DNA of 64,000 nucleotides from the NCBI GenBank assembly GCA_051362555.1, contig JBPQGU010000016.1, positions 2,852,001 through 2,916,000 of the forward strand, given 5' to 3'. Below, in pieces: positions 62,935 through 64,000 of this stretch. A program made the translations under genes and the position numbers. The DNA comes from Lingula anatina. Its lineage: Eukaryota > Animalia > Brachiopoda. Under the pieces are notes generated by a model. The model was not told where the DNA came from and ran no database searches. It was given only the letters and a program-made list of their open reading frames with translations. The number at the start of each line of letters is the position of its first letter. The first letter of the stretch is position 1.

Positions 62935-64000
62935 TAATAACAATTGATGGACCATCTGGTGCTGGAAAAACAAGTTGTGGAATTTTATTATCTAAAAAAT
63001 TAAACTTTAAAATTTTAGATTCAGGAAAAATTTATAGATTATTTACTATATTTTTAAAAAATTTAAAAATTGATTGAAATAAATTAAATTTAGAAATTAA
63101 AAAAAATATAAAGAATTTTAATGTATTATTGAAAGATAATGTTTTTTATTTAAATAATAAAAAAATTGATGACAATAAATTAAATAATTTAAATATTGAA
63201 AAACTTACTACAAAAATAATAAATATAAAAAATGTAAGATACAAAATTAATCAAATTTGTAGAAACATTATTAAAGATAAAAATTTTATTTTAATTGGAA
63301 GAGATGCAGGAAGTGTAATTTTTCCAGAAGCAGATTTTAAATTTTTTTTAGATGCTTCACATAAAATAAGAGCAGAAAGAAAAAATAAATTATTAAATAA
63401 TCAAAATAAAACAATAAACTTTGATCAAGAATTAAAAGAAAGATTAAAAAAAGAAACAAAAGAAAATATTTTATTAAAAAGTTGAGATTCTTTTTATATA
63501 AAAAATGAAAATTTAACAATAGATGAAACAGTAAATAAAATATTAAAAATAATAAATCAATATTTAAAAAATATTTCATATAAAGTTGGAATAATTGGTG
63601 AAATAAATGTTGGTAAATCATCTTTATTTAATTTATTAGTAGGAAAAAAAGAAGTTATAGAAAGTAGTTTTGAAAATACAACTAGAGATTTTTTTGAAAA
63701 ACAAATAAAAATAAATGAAAAAGAAATTACACTAATTGATACTGGTGGAATGGAAAAAGAAAAAAATGATTTTTTACTTAATAAAATTTGAGAAAGAAAC
63801 TTAAATATTTTAAACAAATTCAATTTAATACTTTGAGTAACAAATTTTAAAACAGGTATTACAAAAAATACAAATTTAATAAATAAAAATTTAAAAAAAT
63901 ATAAAGACAAAATCATTTTAGTAATAAACAAAACTGAAAAAGAAGTTAAAGAAGAAAATATTAAAAATTGAAAAAAATTAGGAATTAAAAAAATGATATT
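62901..64000 (+). CDS. cmk: Cytidylate kinase-Der (EngA) GTPase fusion, partial at window end
   Basis: ITIDGPSGAGKT, DSGKIYR and GRDAG, then in frame GEINVGKSSLFN, TTRD, DTGG and NKTE. Confidence 0.85.

Noticed and set aside
335-63931. Many Phe/Leu/Ile-rich ORFs opposite real genes (e.g. 335, 3436, 18656, 22318, 27072, 36586, 54587, 63557)
   Set aside because: Antisense shadows of Lys/Asn/Glu-rich genes in AT-rich DNA

Overview
Extremely AT-rich Mollicute (Mycoplasmatales-like) DNA read with genetic code 4 (TGA=Trp). The supplied ORF track is broken at every TGA, so I re-joined genes by hand. Core genes lie at both ends: pepP and hup on the left; pknB, prpC, an rsmD-gmk fusion, rnj, ppa and a cmk-der fusion on the right. 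Between them are a dprA-PRTase pair, tRNA-Ile, an agmatine deiminase operon (aguBDA) and a ~47 kb defence island (~9.1-56.3 kb). The island holds Fic, an AbiJ/HEPN-like gene, three GIY-YIG-DUF4357 paralogues, a ParB-HEPN/MTase/ParB-HEPN trio, two OLD-like ABC-TOPRIM nucleases, a split PHP+ATPase module, three tandem Type I R-M loci, Panacea-MazF and Doc genes, a frameshifted BcgI-like R-M system, an IS1595 relic and a two-repeat type II CRISPR relic. The top finding concerns the Type I loci. Each has a convergent hsdS pair carrying its own version of a 12-bp TAAT-N4-ATTA site. In loci 2 and 3, four such sites delimit a 99-bp in-frame linker cassette and a 23-bp stop cassette in different arrangements. 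This suggests an orthogonal, modular hsdS shufflon with no recombinase in the window.
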